A DNA stretch of 64,000 nt from Octopus vulgaris (GCA_951406725.2 OX597817.1:117180001-117244000), one strand, 5' to 3'. Numbered from the stretch's first letter, positions 37,112 to 52,601 are shown. Program-made: numbers and translations. Notes: generated by a model not told the origin, from the sequence alone.

Positions 37112-39397
37112 CTAACAGAAACACCCGTCATTGTCTGGGTTGAAAAATACTGCGAAAATTGTACTATGAATATTGATGAAAATTATTCACTTAGATTGCA
37201 TTAAACGTATATAAGAAACAGTTGTTAAGTTTCATGTAGACGATAGAGCTGTTTTCTTCTGGCCAGTATTATCATGGATGCATATAGATTTCTGATCTAT
37301 GATCTATAGCATTTCAGTCTATAAATGAAGGAAGCATCACACAGACTTTGGCTTATGTCTAGTACAAGATAAGTAAATAAATGTTCGGGAAAGACTAAAG
37401 ACGTATTGAACTTAAGTATTACAACAAACAAAAATACAAATACCTTTTCTTAGACGAATATAGTTTCACGTTGACAATATAGATTCAAAGTTATTTATCA
37501 TTCTGCAAATTTTAATTTGTTGATCCCATGGTAAAGACTTACTTATAGACAATGTTTTGGGTTTCACCAGCAGAGGCAAAAATGAAAAGATTGTCCTTGC
37601 TCTCCACTCTGGATATCACAACATATAACTGACCGTTTGAGAAATAGTCCTCTTTCAAAATCTGACCTTGGAACTTATTGATGGGCATAGCAAAAGACAG
37701 AGGTATTGGAAATTGAGGTAAGTTAACTCGAAGGGCATATTGAAAAGTATTAAAGGCAAGCGAGTGATAAAAACACCTTCACTTATTCTACAGCCAGAAC
37801 TTATAGTGGCCTGTATGAGATTTCTCATTAATTTCTTGACAATAACACTTGTACACAAATTTGGGTGCGAAAGGTCGCGCAGAAGCATGTTTGGAGCGCC
37901 TATTTTCAATGGAAGGCAACGAGGAGGAGCTTTTGGTGGCTTCAGTGCGTTTTAGAACAATATAATTGATTATTTCCAATTCCTCCATTACAGAATCCAT
38001 AAATTTGTAAGTATGTTCGTTTTCTGCTAAAAGTTTCTCGAGTTTTTCATTTAAATTATTCACAGTAACGTTCTTTGGTGCCATGAATGCGCTTTCGCAC
38101 AACAAAGCAGCTTCTGTTTAATTTGAAATTTTACTTAGCAAAACTTTTTCAATAAGTTCCTCAATCGAGCTGGCCAAAGTGCAGACTTTTGATGGATTGA
38201 AGTCACCTTCATGATTAATATCTAGCTTTCATTCTCTTCTCAAAGTTGTAAAATAGTATGGGCAAATTGTTCTGACAGATGATCCACGTGCAAATATGCC
38301 CTTATATTTGTAGAAACCTTTAGCACTTTGATATGTTGCTATAAAATATATTACAAGCATGCTCCCAATTCATCCACCTTTGTTCCTCTGAAAATCACCT
38401 GAAAATACTACTGTCACACCTCCCATCAAAAATTGGAATTGCGCAAATCCTGCAGCATTCTGTTAACAGCTTCTACTGATTTCTTATGGGACAGTGTAGC
38501 TTCTTTTCATGTGATCAAGGAACATTTCATAAGAACTTGAGCTAAAGAAATTTTACTAATATTCCAAAGAGGTTCATCATTTGAATTTAGATTGAATGGC
38601 AGCTTCAATGCTATGTGACCTGTTCGGGCTCCTGGAAATAAAGTCGCAACAATTCCAGAGAAGCGGACTTTGGCTAGCATTAAATTTGTTACAGAGTTTT
38701 TCCAGAGTTTTTCTGATGCGTCTAAGTAATATAATCCTTCTTTCTTATGTGCCACTTGGTGAATGACTGTTGTATATACAAGTTGTTGTTCTGCCGAAAG
38801 TTTCGAGGCATATTTTTCAAGGAATCATGTTAATGAGACTATATCATATGAAGTTTCTCGCAAAATTTTTGTGATCAAACTTGATTTCGATGAGTTTCAG
38901 GTAAGCCAAACTTTCTAAGCTCCTCCCTCCCATTGAGACAACGCGATCTTCAGTATCAACCAAGGCAGAATGATATGTCATTGTTGAATGCTGTTTCCCT
39001 CTCAGGGAATCTTAATTGTGCTAGATATTTCTAGCCTTCTGATAAATCATTCTTATATTACATTCTTATATGGATTATTTACTTCACAATTCAGGAAAAG
39101 AATTTCAAAAAGATCTCTCAAATAGGTGAGCGTGACACTGAAGCCACAGTCATTGTTCTATCCCACTGATTGTCATCTTCTAACAAATTTAAAGTTAAAC
39201 AAGCTTCTGAATTAGTACGAACAGATTGACCATCAATCGTTCTCAGTAAGAAGAAGGAAGTCGGTCCTCTTATTTCATGAAGAAGCAGCCTCAAACAGAA
39301 ACATTCATATTGACTCGGATGCACAGGTTAAACTCTTCCGATTGTTGAGTCAAATAATTTAATACTTGGATGACTCTCAACGTCAACTCCACTTTTC
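37112..39397 (-). mobile_element. Decayed Helitron (RepHel C-terminal half, PIF1-like helicase) with 3' hairpin
   Basis: Fragments [82 protein letters not shown]. The minus 3' end is the hairpin acccagac-aat-gacgggt followed by gtttctgTTAG|t (CTAG-like). Confidence 0.88.
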
Positions 39398-39744
39398 CTT
39401 ATATCAATGGTAAGCAATGGAGGTTATTACAGTTATACACACATAGAAACACACACACATACACACAAACACACACAATGACTCACATGTTATTATGTAT
39501 ATCATTATATTACACTTATGGCATATCTACGGAAGACAGCCTCACCGAATTCTTATGTTTAGGGAAAATGGGTATTTTCAAATGACAGCCTGTACAAATA
39601 TGCTGAAGTGAGATAGGAAAGTGAAAGCTGATTTCATAAACACTGAGGTGGAATACGTAAAGCAATAGAAAAATGCTGGAGTGAAATCTAAGTTACGGTT
39701 TCTCTTCTGTAAGTAGGCAGGGAATAAAATGAAAGTGGCCTTTT

Positions 39745-39907
39745 TTATTGCCTACAAGGGGCTAAACATAGAGGGGACAAACAAGGACAGACAAACCGAT
39801 TAAGTCGATTACAACGACCCCAGTGCGTAACTGGTAACTTAATTTATCGACCCCGAAAGAATGGAAGACAAAGTCGACCTTGACGGAATTTGAACTCAGA
39901 ACGTAAC
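39745..39907 (-). mobile_element. Meta-type SINE (headless, long tail)
   Basis: caaggggctaaacatagaggggacaaacaaggacagac...gaatttgaactcagaacgta. Confidence 0.85.
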
Positions 39908-42900
39908 GAATCAGAGGATAAATTAAGTTTTCTTTGCATGTATACTGAAGTCTGCTTCGGAATTCACAATTTGTGATGGACGATGTATTGACAATTACAA
40001 AGTCCAGTGGAGTAAGTAGCGATCCTGCCAAGGCTACTCTGCTCTAGATGATGTTGAGAAAATCTCCAGCTATAAAGGGAAAAGTAGATAAAACCTTATG
40101 ACTCTCTAAATTTAAAGGTTTTGTACGTTGCGTAAGCTATCCCTTGAAACGGATGGATGTGACGGTAAAGTGGTGTATTGTAATACCTAACAGGTATTAT
40201 CTTACGTATAAATATGCCATAATAGTGGGCTCTAAAGAAACAGCAGATGGAATTCCTGGAGCAAGAGAATGGGTGTATATGTGTGTATGTGTGATATATG
40301 TAGGCATGTATGTATGTATATTTGCATGTGTGTGTGTATGTATATTTCAGAGTTGTTAAAATTGTGCATTTGTGTGCAGATAACTATAAATATATTAGTC
40401 GAATTTCAAAATGCACCGAAATTTTACTTCTTTCCTTTTTATATTTACAGTATTTCAAGTAATTTCAACTTTTATACGATAATCTTCAGGTAACGTTTAT
40501 ATAAAGGCATTAACATTAATGACTGAAGTACTCCCTTAAATATCTTCTAATAAGCTCCATCTGGCTGAAGCTTACGAAAACTATTTTAACACATCATCAT
40601 GCGTCGTAGACGTCATGACATGATTAAAGTGTTATCACAGGTAACATCAATAGCACTTATTCTTACAAACATCTTAACCAATTAGAATCGCCAACAAAAA
40701 TATTCCGCTAAAATCAGATGTTGAGAAACAACAGTCCTGTCTTGAATATTTATAAATGAAATTAAAAGTTAAATTCAAATTCAAATTATTGTGAATGTTA
40801 CTATAGTTTTTGAATAAAATTACGTTCAAATTGATTTCAATAACACTGTGCTTCATGTTATTTTCTATTCAGAACGGGATTGGGCTTTTTGATAAAATTC
40901 TTTTGTCTTACACGTTTAACTGCACTTGCGTTGTAAAGTGTTAAAAAATTACACTCCTCACGACACATCAGTGTTCTGACTTGAAGTCATCCAAGTTCTT
41001 TGGTATCTATCCTTATTTCATAGAATCCAACAGTAAACACAATTCCTATAGATTCCAACACAAATATCTCCTTCGTAATTAAAAGTTCTGTAGAGAAATA
41101 ATCAACTGCAAGTTTTGAACAGATACGTCAAAATCTCCCTTCAGTATGCTAGGATAAACCAAGTATCCCTCGAGCCAGCTAGCACATAATATCTATCTAT
41201 ATCAAGGAGACAATCTTGCATTACAACTTGCCTCTGCATCGACAATATATAGTTAATCTACCTAAATTTTTCCCATAAATAATTGTCTCCATAGTTTCTA
41301 ATAATCATTCTTAATAATTGCACACATTACTAAACTGTACCCTAAAGAGCAGGATCCAACTGAAGGCCAGAAAAATCACTCGGTCTTATCCTTTGGTGAG
41401 CATTTATAATGTAAAGGTAGATTCAATGTATTATTATTTGCATATTTGGCATGGTTTTACTGTTAATATATACAGACTTACCAGATCACATATAAACATC
41501 ATCCACTTGAGACTATATAATATTTCAAAGATTCCCCAAAACCTATAAAATATTTTCAATTTTTCCCCTGTTTATCTCTTCTCATGTTACAATGACTTCT
41601 TTATTTCTGTTATGCTAGTTTCTTTTCATATCATCTTTCTATTATTCTCTAAACCATTTTCTTACATATTTTCTTGAACTTTTCTCATTAGAGCTATACT
41701 CCACTGCACACCATTTTCTATCCATGTTTCTCCTCTTGGCATTACGCCGGTAAAATGTAAATCGGCCGTAAACAGTTTTGATCACACAAACACTAATAGG
41801 TCTGGAAAAAGTGTTGTTTCCTCTCAAAATCTGTTAAACTATAATTACATCATATCTCAGGGTTATTATATATTTTCCTATATTTTTTCATCGTTCTGGG
41901 ATTTACTTCCATTTCAATAGTTGATTGATTGAAAACACGGAGGGTGTATATATAAGTATTCCAAATACCTGACGCTGATGTGAAATACTGATACAAAAAC
42001 AATATACACTTCAGTAATATACTGTCATTTTACAATTATACGTTGTTTTCTGTTTGTTACATATGTACAGTGTAGAAGTGAAATTGTCCTACTTCCATAT
42101 GAATTTATCTTGGTGATTTGTTTGAAGATTTGTCTCTTCGTTCACTAACTGTTTTATGTGGTGGGGGGTGAAATAAACGTATCTGTAGTTGTGGAAATAA
42201 TATCAACTGGACTGTTAACAACAAAAAAAGCAACAAAAGATGATACAAGACGCAGCCTTAAAAGATAACTAATAAATAACTTTGAAAAGCGTTGCCATAT
42301 TGAAACTGTAAAAGAAAAGGTAATCCATTCTATCAAACCATAAAAGGTCGACTCTATTCTACTAATGTCAATGAATATTTCATAGATTTTTCTATCAGTT
42401 TCATAGAATTAGCATCAAATGCAAAAATAAATTATTATTTAGAATTCTCCATTTTTATGGTTTATAGAGTCAGTTTATATCAAAGTGCAATATTACCATA
42501 ACAATGTTTTATAGAGTTTATCATCAGTTATATTCTACTGAATAGTCACATCTATCATAATGTATATTAGCAACAAATTGTCTTCCCCTTCCTTCTTCTT
42601 CTCTCCTTCAATAGTTATGTTTAACTATTTATTCATATAAAACTTCTAGGTAGCAAAGCGTCTGTTGGTCAGCTAATGACTTTATACAATCCTTTCTAAC
42701 AGATGGTAATTCGACTTAATGCTCTCAGTGGTAATGTATGACAAAAGCAATACAGTGATTTCCATGATATCGGCAATTCAATATCATTGATGCACACAAT
42801 CCTCTAACTGAAATATTGATGAAAAACGTGTTGGTAACATGGAAGCAAAAGCATCAGGTCTCACTTTCAATTCAAGAATTCAGCTGTTTTCTGTTAAACA

Positions 42901-45900
42901 ATGAAGAGATTAATAATTTGAACTCACGATGCTGTTAGAACTGAAATAATAATTCAATTAGTAACACATTCTATATATACACAATGCCTACACCACTAAA
43001 ATTGAAATAATAATTTCCAGTATATAGTACATTAAGAAATTCCCTCACTAAATATGTAAATAATTTTCCGCTTGTGTTTTAATAGTTCGTTGAAAATTCA
43101 ATCATTCATTTGTTCTTGATAAAAATACCAATAACTGCTCAGAAGTTACTCATGATGCGGTGACTAAATTCAACAACACTGGCAACAACAACAATTCCAT
43201 ATTTCAGAGAGTCTTAAAGTTAAAGAGTTATCAAGCTGTAATGAAAAAACTAATCCATACTTCGCAAATGAACCTTTAAAGGGCTTCTCCAGTAACCAAT
43301 GTTTCCTTATTTTGAAGCACCGCATCATTGATGAACAAATATCGTTTGATAAAACTAAAGGGTTGTTGTTAAACAGGATGACATTAAGAGATGTTCATTC
43401 CTGTTTTTGTTTCATGTATTCTCCCTCTTTCACTTCTATTATTACTTTGAGATGTTATATTAGTATCAACGTTATTGTATTAAGCTCTGTGCACGCATAA
43501 TACTATTTCTTTATCTTGCCAGACTGATAGCTTTATCTAGGAATGAGAATTTTCTGCCTTTATTAAACTTGAAGAGATTGTAGATGAAATCAGGCTTCTA
43601 GTACTCTAATTCTTCTGCTATCAAGGAATGCTGCCTGATGAAGCGAAATAATTTCATTGGGGAAAGTAATGCCCTTGAGACAGTTATACGCTTTGCACAA
43701 TTTCTATTCCATTTCTTAAAAGCCTGTGACTCAGCAACAATTTTAAGAAATCAATAATTTGATTCGAATCCGATATAAAATGTAATTGAATCAAAGCAAA
43801 AGTAAACAAATGACATTTTTTATGTTATTTCAATATTACTTTAATATATTAAAGCAATTCTAAAAAGAAATTATGAGCTATTTCAATTAACTTTAACCCA
43901 TTGATTGCATTGATGTTAAAGCCTTTTATATTTAATTACAGCGTTTCACTTGCTATCAACAATAATCTTCTTTTTAAATATCATATCTCCCGTTCCATAG
44001 ATTGATATAATGCGGATATCGTAACGCACATATATAACACTAGTCTGGTTTCTCAAATCATTTTAGAATTATTATCCATACAAGTATATGGCATGTAAAT
44101 GGCATGAGCACGCCTGGAACATCTATATTCATATGTCTGATCGATTGATATTGATCGGAGATTAAACAGCAACAACAATGATAACAAAAACAATTCTGAA
44201 TTGAGCAAAACTAAAAGAGAAGCAGGCAAGTAGGTGACCATCAAAAATATATGCTCTTCATTTCCTCTCACAAAATTGCAAAATTATAAAGGAATAAAAT
44301 TCGCTACGGCACAAGACCACCAAGATATAAATGCATATTAGAGTATCCATTCTGTTCTTCATTTTCAGCTCTAGACCTGCCTTAACTGAGTAAACCAATA
44401 ATAAAACCAAGTTGAAACCATCCCATTTTTCCCTCGCTACACTGCAACCAGACTACATTCTGGAATGTGTATTTCTTTTCTAAAATGGTTTTCGACGGAT
44501 TATTTTGTGGAGATTTTATTGCTAATCCAAGATGACCGATCGAATTCATAAGATAATTCTTTACTGACATGATTGTGTCGTTGCTGTTGCTGTTACTATG
44601 GTTTAGCACTAAATCACTCCTGATCGATGATTTCTGTGATCGAAACTCTCAATACAAAGCATTCTATATCTATATTTTCATATCTTGTATGTTTAGGAAA
44701 ACATTATCCAATTATTAAGATTAATTTATGTGATTTAGGGATAGCTTTGAGTAACTATGAAGCGTTCCTTGGCATAAATCATTCTTGCAGTAGCTACAGT
44801 GAATACTTTTCTTATAAAAAGAAAGTTACTTAACATTAATAAAGAAAGGCTTCACATCTTAACTGAAAGCACAGTCTTAAAGAAATCGACATAGAAATAC
44901 ACATAAGTATTCTTGCAGATATAAGTAATTTTCATTTTCTAAACCCAGCATAATAATGAGTTAACTAATTCTTGCACTATGTTCGTAAGGGAGAATTTGC
45001 AAATCTACTGAATGATCATTTCGAAGTGGTATAGAATATTTCTGAGAACCTTTGTATATAAAGCACTGTGAAATACTCAAATGTATAAGGAGTAAACTAT
45101 GGCTGGCACGTCTTACGCGCGCGTTGTAAACTGTTAGCAATTTATCAGGGCTGTAGTATTTTAAGCCTAAGAACATGAAGTCTATTTCTTGAGTAGAAAT
45201 TTGACAATATTATATACGGGCAATTGTTATGACTGATAATAAAAAATTGACATTGGAATTGATTTTTAGAAACAAATTTTCTTTTATTTCATCATATAAC
45301 ACGAACGCAACTAAGACTATAAAACCAGGATTCTTCTGGATAATGAAATGTTTCCGAACCACTCAATAATTCATAATTTTGCCAATGAAATAAAGCTACA
45401 AGTATGATGTTGTAAGTAGATATTTTACAGGAAAAAGATATTTATCCATAACTGAGCAATACAAATATATACCAAAGGCAAAATTTCATATATACATAAA
45501 TATGTTGTGTGTGCATGAGTGTGTGTGTGTGTTGTGTGTATGTGCATGTGTGCGTGTGTTGTATGTGTTGTGCATGTATGTGCAGCAACACAATATATAC
45601 TGGGTTCAAATAGTCATTTCTTGTGTGTCAGTGTTGTGTATATATCTGCGTGTGTAGGCTTATTAGGGACTGTATATAGTTTTATTTGCAGGTGTGTGTA
45701 GAAAGTTATTGCAACGCAATTTGGAAATAAAGGAATGAAATGAGCAACAAAATTTAACAGTAAAACCTTAAGCTCATAATTTAATATTAAAGCTTTAAAA
45801 AAGATTTATCGTGATCTAAATGGAGATAAAGACTAAGTATACACACACATGTGATATAAAAATATGGCCGTTGTGATAGGAGAATTATTTCTAGTTTTGT

Positions 45901-46049
45901 ATTAACCAGTTATCATTGCACAACTTCTGCCTCTCTTGCTGATACCAAAATTCCTTTTATTAATAAGGATAACAGAAAATCTCATTATCTCTTGCTGATT
46001 GTGGCATTCTATTCAAGAATGAAACACGTCTCCTTAATCTTCGAATCTC

Positions 46050-46560
46050 GAAACTTCTAATACCTTGGTTTTGGCATCTCTTCGATGCCTTCTAACAGAA
46101 GACGCATTTGCGAGAATGCGTTCTGTAATACATTCGCGCAATTTCCGGACGGTAGTTCCGATGCAACTTCCGTCACATGTATTACATTGAATGTTAGCAT
46201 GTTAATCCATGTCTCCATTTTTCTCGGGCGGTTAGTAATAGGGTATATATCGTTCTTATTGTTGAATTATGCACATTCAGGTGCCTTCTCAGAGGAGGCT
46301 TAATGTCCCAGAGCTATGTTTCGCAGTGTATTACAGATTACCTGGAAGACTACAGCAGCGTGTCTATCATTAAAATGCACCAGACTTAAAAGGTAAGTAG
46401 GTGTGCAAATCGCCCATTCCTCGTATTCTAGTCTGCGAGCATTCACACTACAAATATTGGAACTAGGTAGTTTTTTCACTTTGTTATACTGACCAGGTTT
46501 AGTATAAAAAGTGGACTGTGTGACAATCTCCTTTTTTCTCACAACACACTATAATATCCA
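46050..46560 (-). pseudogene. Possible remnant of an RLE-type (R4/Dong-like) LINE C-terminus
   Basis: Minus peptides HFNDRHAAVVFQVICNTL and DIYPITNRPRK...VIHVTEVA loosely match the RHxxV and NRPD..IEV motifs. Confidence 0.35.
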
Positions 46561-48860
46561 AAGGTACATAATCCATTGTTTTCGTTTTTAAATATGCCAA
46601 GTATAAGTATAAGTCTGCTTTTTCATAATCGCTTCACGGTTTCATGGAGATTCACTTAGAGTTAGTATGTCTAGTAACGGTAACTATTATTTGTACAAAT
46701 AGATATACGGTAGCTACTCTTGAGTTTAGAGCTCCACGTCCAGTTCTTTCCAGTATTGTGTTTTAGCAACTCATATACTTAGGATTGTTACTAGTTTATA
46801 TACCGAGCAAATGTAGGGGAAATTACGATAAACAAAAGTTTACGTCATTTCTTCGTAAGTTACACCATTATGTTTGTAACACAGCGCTGGATGTTCCGAG
46901 CTCACTTCGATGCTTAACCCCAAACGATCATCAGAGCAAAGTTTTACTGCATTGTTCTACACAGAGTTAAAGTAACGTTAAAATTCGGATTGCAAATTAG
47001 ACTGATGTTGGTGTGCGTAGGTGTACAATAAGATGAGATACATATGAGAGGTCGATGAAGATATAATGACCTGAATGGCAGCAACATCATTCATATAATG
47101 ACATTTTGCTAAATAGAAAAATTCATATCATTAAACGAATTGTCTTTCTTCAATGGTGACTGCATATAACTAATTATTCGCTTACGTACAAATCTCAATG
47201 AAAACATCGAAATTTTAATTAAAACTTGTTTGCATTTATCTTTCAAAAGTCGGAAAATTAATAATATGTCATTATTTATGAGACAGATACTAACGGTTTG
47301 TTGTTCCTTGTGATATCGGTTTCTTTTATTGGCACCATTAAAAATATCTCATTGACTGGTTTTCTGTCTTTCATCTCTTAATAAATAAAAAAGAGTTCAA
47401 ATTATAAAGCTCTCAATAAAATTTAATATATATACTTTAATATATGACAAAACTTTACATTTATAAAATGTGCCATCACTAGGGTATTTTACATACATGC
47501 AGACAGAAGAGCCACAGCGTAATTGATTAAACTCTTTCGAGTGCAGCGGAATCTCTTTCACATCCCATCTTATTTCCTTTAACAAACTGGAGGGTTACGT
47601 TCTGTGATATATCCGAGGCGCATTAATTCTCAAAATCGAAGGACAGTTACACCTGTAAGTACTGTCGGTTTGAAACCTCAACAACAACATTCTGAATATA
47701 TCTAAGCAACAAAATTTCCTTGTATGTGTTCATCAGTTGAATTTCTGTTGTGAAATCTAAACCTTTTTCTTCTACTAACATTGAACCATTAATTTTATGC
47801 AAACGCAGGTATAATTTGAGAGTGTATTCCGAAATATTCATTTTAGTACATACTTTTCATTGTTCTTTTCTCTTGACAAATTTGTTATGACATGCACATG
47901 TGTATGAGCGTGCGCTGGTGTTTGTGTGAATGTGTGTATGTATGTGTGTATATGCGTGTATGAATAAGGTGATATATTTGAAAAGAATCAGTAATATAAA
48001 GAATTGAAATGTTTTGTAGTAGCAAACTTCAAGAGAAATGATACTATCATTTAGAAATAATGTCGGTTATAATAAAATATGTTCAATGCCACTGGGGTGT
48101 TCAATCAAAAATGGTTCACATTGGATATCTTATTTCTGACATTGCATTATATTATTCTCATTTTTTAAATCTTTTGATACTGGGCTCCGGGATGGCATTC
48201 AGTACAGTATCATAGTAGCCACCCCTATATTATCTTCCTTCCATGCCAGACATTTGTTTTCATTTCACATTAACAATATCCCAGCAGTCATTTCTTTTAC
48301 CATTGTTCTCTTATTTGTCGCTATCTACTGCGTTAACAACTTTTAGGAAACATTCCTAATTACTTAGAAGAGAAATTGTACTGGCTCTTCAATCATCATC
48401 ATCAACTGTAGAAATTTCGTATATTGGAATGTTAACCAAATCTCATCCATTCAAACGGCTCTCTCTAATTGCAGATCATCTTAGAATCCGTTCTATTCTC
48501 TTGTATTTTTACTGCCAATAGAAATGGTCAGTACTTTCAAATCTAGCTAATTCTATCCAATAAGCTAACCGGAAATCGAGAAAACCTCAAAGCAGAAGTC
48601 AGTTTGGTCAGATGAAATAAATAATTGTAGTTAACTATCTTATCGGGTATCATTTTTGTTCTCTTCCATAACAATGTGGCTACAAATATTTATGTGTTTT
48701 AAGTTCCAATTTTATATCAATATTCTAACACAAATGAACACTCCACACATATATGTTGACCATGAAATTTACGTTTACTCAGGATAAACGATAGTGGCAC
48801 ACACGCTAAGATACAAACACACACACGCTCACACGCACACACACTCTCATACTCACACAA

Positions 48861-48915
<55 letters not shown>

Positions 48916-50280
48916 ATATACATTGTTTTATTTTATAAGATGTAAGAAGTAGATAGAGGCGTCTCCAACGTCTCTCTCTACTTCGATTATTGAAAAAAGG
49001 TTTTCTTCGTTCTTAGTTCTCGTGAATTTCTATACAGTAGATGTGCATAAATCCACAGAAGTTTGGTAGTTTTAAAGATCTCAGCAAAAGAGTCGGACAG
49101 AACTTGGAAACATCTGAGGGTTTTTCATTAATTCACTTTCTGAAATAAACTGCTATTTTACATTCTAAATCCTACAAATAAAGTAGGGCTTGAGACGTGA
49201 ACTAATACTCTGTCTGAGAAGGTGGGGTTTTTTACATGTTGGTATTGTTGATGAAGGAATCGTGCATTTTTTTTCAGCAGTGGTAATCTCACATAAACGT
49301 AAGTACACATATTGACAATATACAGATAATAGTTGCACAGAAAACTATTTAGATTCATGATACCACGCTTGAATATTAGAAGCTATTCTACTAGCTACTG
49401 TCTTCTCACCGTCATTGCAAAGAAGTGAAATGGAATTAAAATAACGGTAGAAGCACCTTGTATACGTGCACAAAGAGTGATGCAATTATGCATGTTAAGC
49501 AGTTCAAAATATTTTTATATTGCAGTTAAAATATCTAGAAGCTTTATTAGATTGTGTTGACTTGAATTTTAGTCATTTCATTATTAGAATACATTTAATT
49601 CTAAGTTGGATTAATATGAGATTAAAGAATGATTTTTTTACATAAAAAGCAGGTTTCACATATACCTTTAAATCATATAAAAAGCATCATCAAAAAATAG
49701 TAATATAAGTAGTTGAGTAAACATAATTTTGATAATCATGAACATTTCTAGTTCTGAAAGATTGTAACTTATTCCGTCATGTGGGTGGTTATTTCTACAG
49801 TTAGGGCCATCAACAGCGTATCCCTAGGCCTAAGAGTGACCCTTAATTTCAACAAACCTTACCACACTGTAATCCTGTAACACACTCTCGTTTTCTCCTC
49901 ATTCCACCTCTACACGGGGTAGCTCACATTGGAAACAAGGTAAATCACATTCATATTCACTTACAACAAATTTATTTTTCCAAAAGTCTAAATGAAAAAT
50001 AATTGTCTTCTCCATTCAAAGTGAGCTTCTATGAACCTTATTTGGAATCTAGTATAAGACTGTATTTATTTATCAAGAATGATTTTTACAGTTAAGTGTG
50101 CCGATAACATATTAATTTTTGCTCGTATTTCTATCCTTTAGAATTTCAGATCAATCGTTTTCTTATTTTGAGATTGTGGCAAACGTGAGTACAGCGTTTT
50201 TACATTATACCCATTTAGCGTGTATGCATGCGTATATTTAAGTATATACATACATATATATAAACATATACATGCATACG

Positions 50281-50312
<32 letters not shown>

Positions 50313-50319
50313 ATAAATT

Positions 50320-50435
50320 AGCGGTTCGACAAAATAAAGCGATAGAATAAGTACTAGGGTTAAGAAATAAATCCTTAGGTTGATTTGTGCGACTAAAACC
50401 CTTCAAGGTGGTGCTCCAGCATGGCCACAAACTGA
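50320..50435 (+). mobile_element. CORE-type SINE 3' fragment
   Basis: gcggttcgacaaaa...gatagaataagtactagg...cgactaaaacccttcaaggtggtgctccagcatggccac. Confidence 0.65.
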
Positions 50436-50458
50436 TATACATACACACACACATATTT

Positions 50459-50489
<31 letters not shown>

Positions 50490-50511
50490 AATATTTACAT
50501 ACATACATAAA

Positions 50512-51801
50512 TTAAGTCATTAAGATTGAAATGTATGGTTTTTGATTTTCTTATGCACTAAATTTGACAGTCGTTAACTATAACGTGTTATCCTGACAAT
50601 TGTTTGGTTTCTAACACTGAAGAGTAGCATCATCATTTGTCGAAATGCAGTTCATGGTGTCTGATTATATTTTGAGTTTCCTCTTGTAAATCAATTTTCG
50701 TGAACACATTGATGGATAAAAAATTCGTGTTGATTATGAATATGAGTTCCATCGTGGAACCAATGCATTCCAGGCAGCTCGAAGTATCAATGAGGTGTTT
50801 GGGGAAGATGTGGTGAATGAGTGCACTGTGCGTCGATGGTTTGAGAAGTTCCGGTCTGGTGACTTTACTCTTGAGAATCAGCCACGTGATAGACCTGAGA
50901 CCAAGGTGGATAAGGATGAGCTGGAAAGTGTCGTGGAAGTGGATATATCTCAATGAACGCATGAGTTAGCAACAAGGTTTGATGGTTTGATTCCACCTGT
51001 ATTGGACCATCTGAAACAAATTGTCAATGTAAAGAAGCTGGACAAGTAGGTAACACACTAACATAACAAGCATCAAATGACCCGTCGTCTTGAAACTTGC
51101 TGTTCTTTGTTGTCAGGGCATAAAAGCGAACCATCTTTGCATCGTATTGTTACGTACGGTGCAAAATGGATTCTTTGCAACAATAGCAAGCATTCTGCAT
51201 AGTGGTTGGATAGAAACGAAGTGCCAAAACATAATCCAAAAAGGAATATTCACCAAAAACAGCCAATGATGTATGTTTAGTGGTCCAGCGCTGGTGCTAT
51301 CGATTACATCTTCATGAGACCTGGTAAGTCAATTTCAGCGGATGTATACATCAACCAATCGGATGAAATTATGAGTCATCTTGCAGTTTAGCAACCGAGA
51401 TTAGTCAAGGAGATAGGCCAATTCTCAATTCTCTTGCAAGACGATGCTCGATCACATGTTGCACAAAGAACACTCAAGTTGCAGGAACTGAAATTAGAAG
51501 TACGCTGTCATCTACAATATTCACCAGATCTTGTAGCAACTGACTATTACATTTTCCAGGCATTAAACAACTTTTTGCAAGGAAAAATCTTGAAATCTGA
51601 AGAGGATGCAAAAAACAGCTTTTCGTGATATCCTCACCTGTTGATCTCCAGAATTCTTTGCAGCCGATATAAATAGGTTGCAGATAAAATGGTAAAATGG
51701 TGTTGATAATTTAGGTGCATAGTTTGATTGACTGCATTGCTTTATATTGGAGTAAAGTAAAATAAACTTTCAGTTCAAAATCGGACATTTCATACTTATT
51801 G

Positions 51802-51804
<3 letters not shown>
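50512..51804 (+). mobile_element. Decayed mariner (Tc1/mariner) DNA transposon
   Basis: Degenerate TIRs tcattaagattgaaatgtatggtttttga / tcaaaatcggacatttcatacttattga, about 1.3 kb apart, with an internal transposase pseudogene. Confidence 0.9.
50711..51722 (+). pseudogene. Mariner transposase pseudogene
   Basis: YEFHRGTNA..AARSINEVFG...TVRRWFEKFRSGDFTLE, HRIVTYGAKWI, LQDDARSH, YSPDLVATDYYIF; multiple stops and frameshifts. Confidence 0.9.
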
Positions 51805-51833
<29 letters not shown>

Positions 51834-51837
51834 TCTT

Positions 51838-52033
51838 TTTTACTCTTTTTCTTGTTTCAGTCATTTGACTGTGGTTATGCTGGGCACCACCTTTAGTCGA
51901 GCAAATCGAAACCAGGACTTATTCTTTGGAAGTCTAATACTTATTCTATCGGTCTCTTTTGCCGAACCACTAAGTTGTGGAGACGTAAATACACCAGCAT
52001 CGGTTGTGAAGCGATGTTGGAGGTGGGGGCCAA

Positions 52034-52070
<37 letters not shown>

Positions 52071-52180
52071 CATTTATAAGACGGGCTGCTTTCAGTTTCC
52101 GTCTACTAAATCCACTCACAAGACAATGGTCAGCCCGAGGCTATAGTAAAGGACACTTTCCCAAGGTGCGACGCAGTGGA
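51838..52180 (-). mobile_element. CORE-type SINE
   Basis: tcttgtttcagtcatttgactgtgg...tcggtctcttttgccgaacc...aatccactcacaag...ggctatagtaaaggacactttcccaaggtgc. Confidence 0.8.
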
Positions 52181-52499
52181 TATATATATACAGAGAGAGA
52201 GAGATAGAGAGAAGGAGAGGGAGATAGATACATAGATATATAGATAGAAAGATTAATAGATAGCTAAATAAAACAGATGAATATACATGTCCGAGCGTAA
52301 ATGTATATATGCATAAATATTTACGTACGTATGAACATGCATGCACAAACACGTACAAAAAATATTTTAGAATTATATATATATTCAGAACATCTATGTA
52401 TTTGCGCGTGTCTGCTATTATATCTATATGCGTGTGTGTATTTGTGCGTATGTATGTATGTAGTTGAATTTTACGGAAAAATAAAATAGGAAGACAGGT

Positions 52500-52601
52500 G
52501 CAAACACAACAACCAGGTGTATTAATTAGACGTTCGGGAAGGTGAGAAAGTCTTTTACGTTTCGAGCATACACTCTTCAACAGAAAGGAACACGAGGAAA
52601 T

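Noticed and set aside
43625-43665. ctgatga-agc-gaaa hammerhead-like core
   Set aside because: No stem II, and stem I does not pair; likely chance.
40500-45400. Possible highly decayed transposon coding sequence
   Set aside because: No motif could be supported by eye; it would need a translated profile-HMM search.
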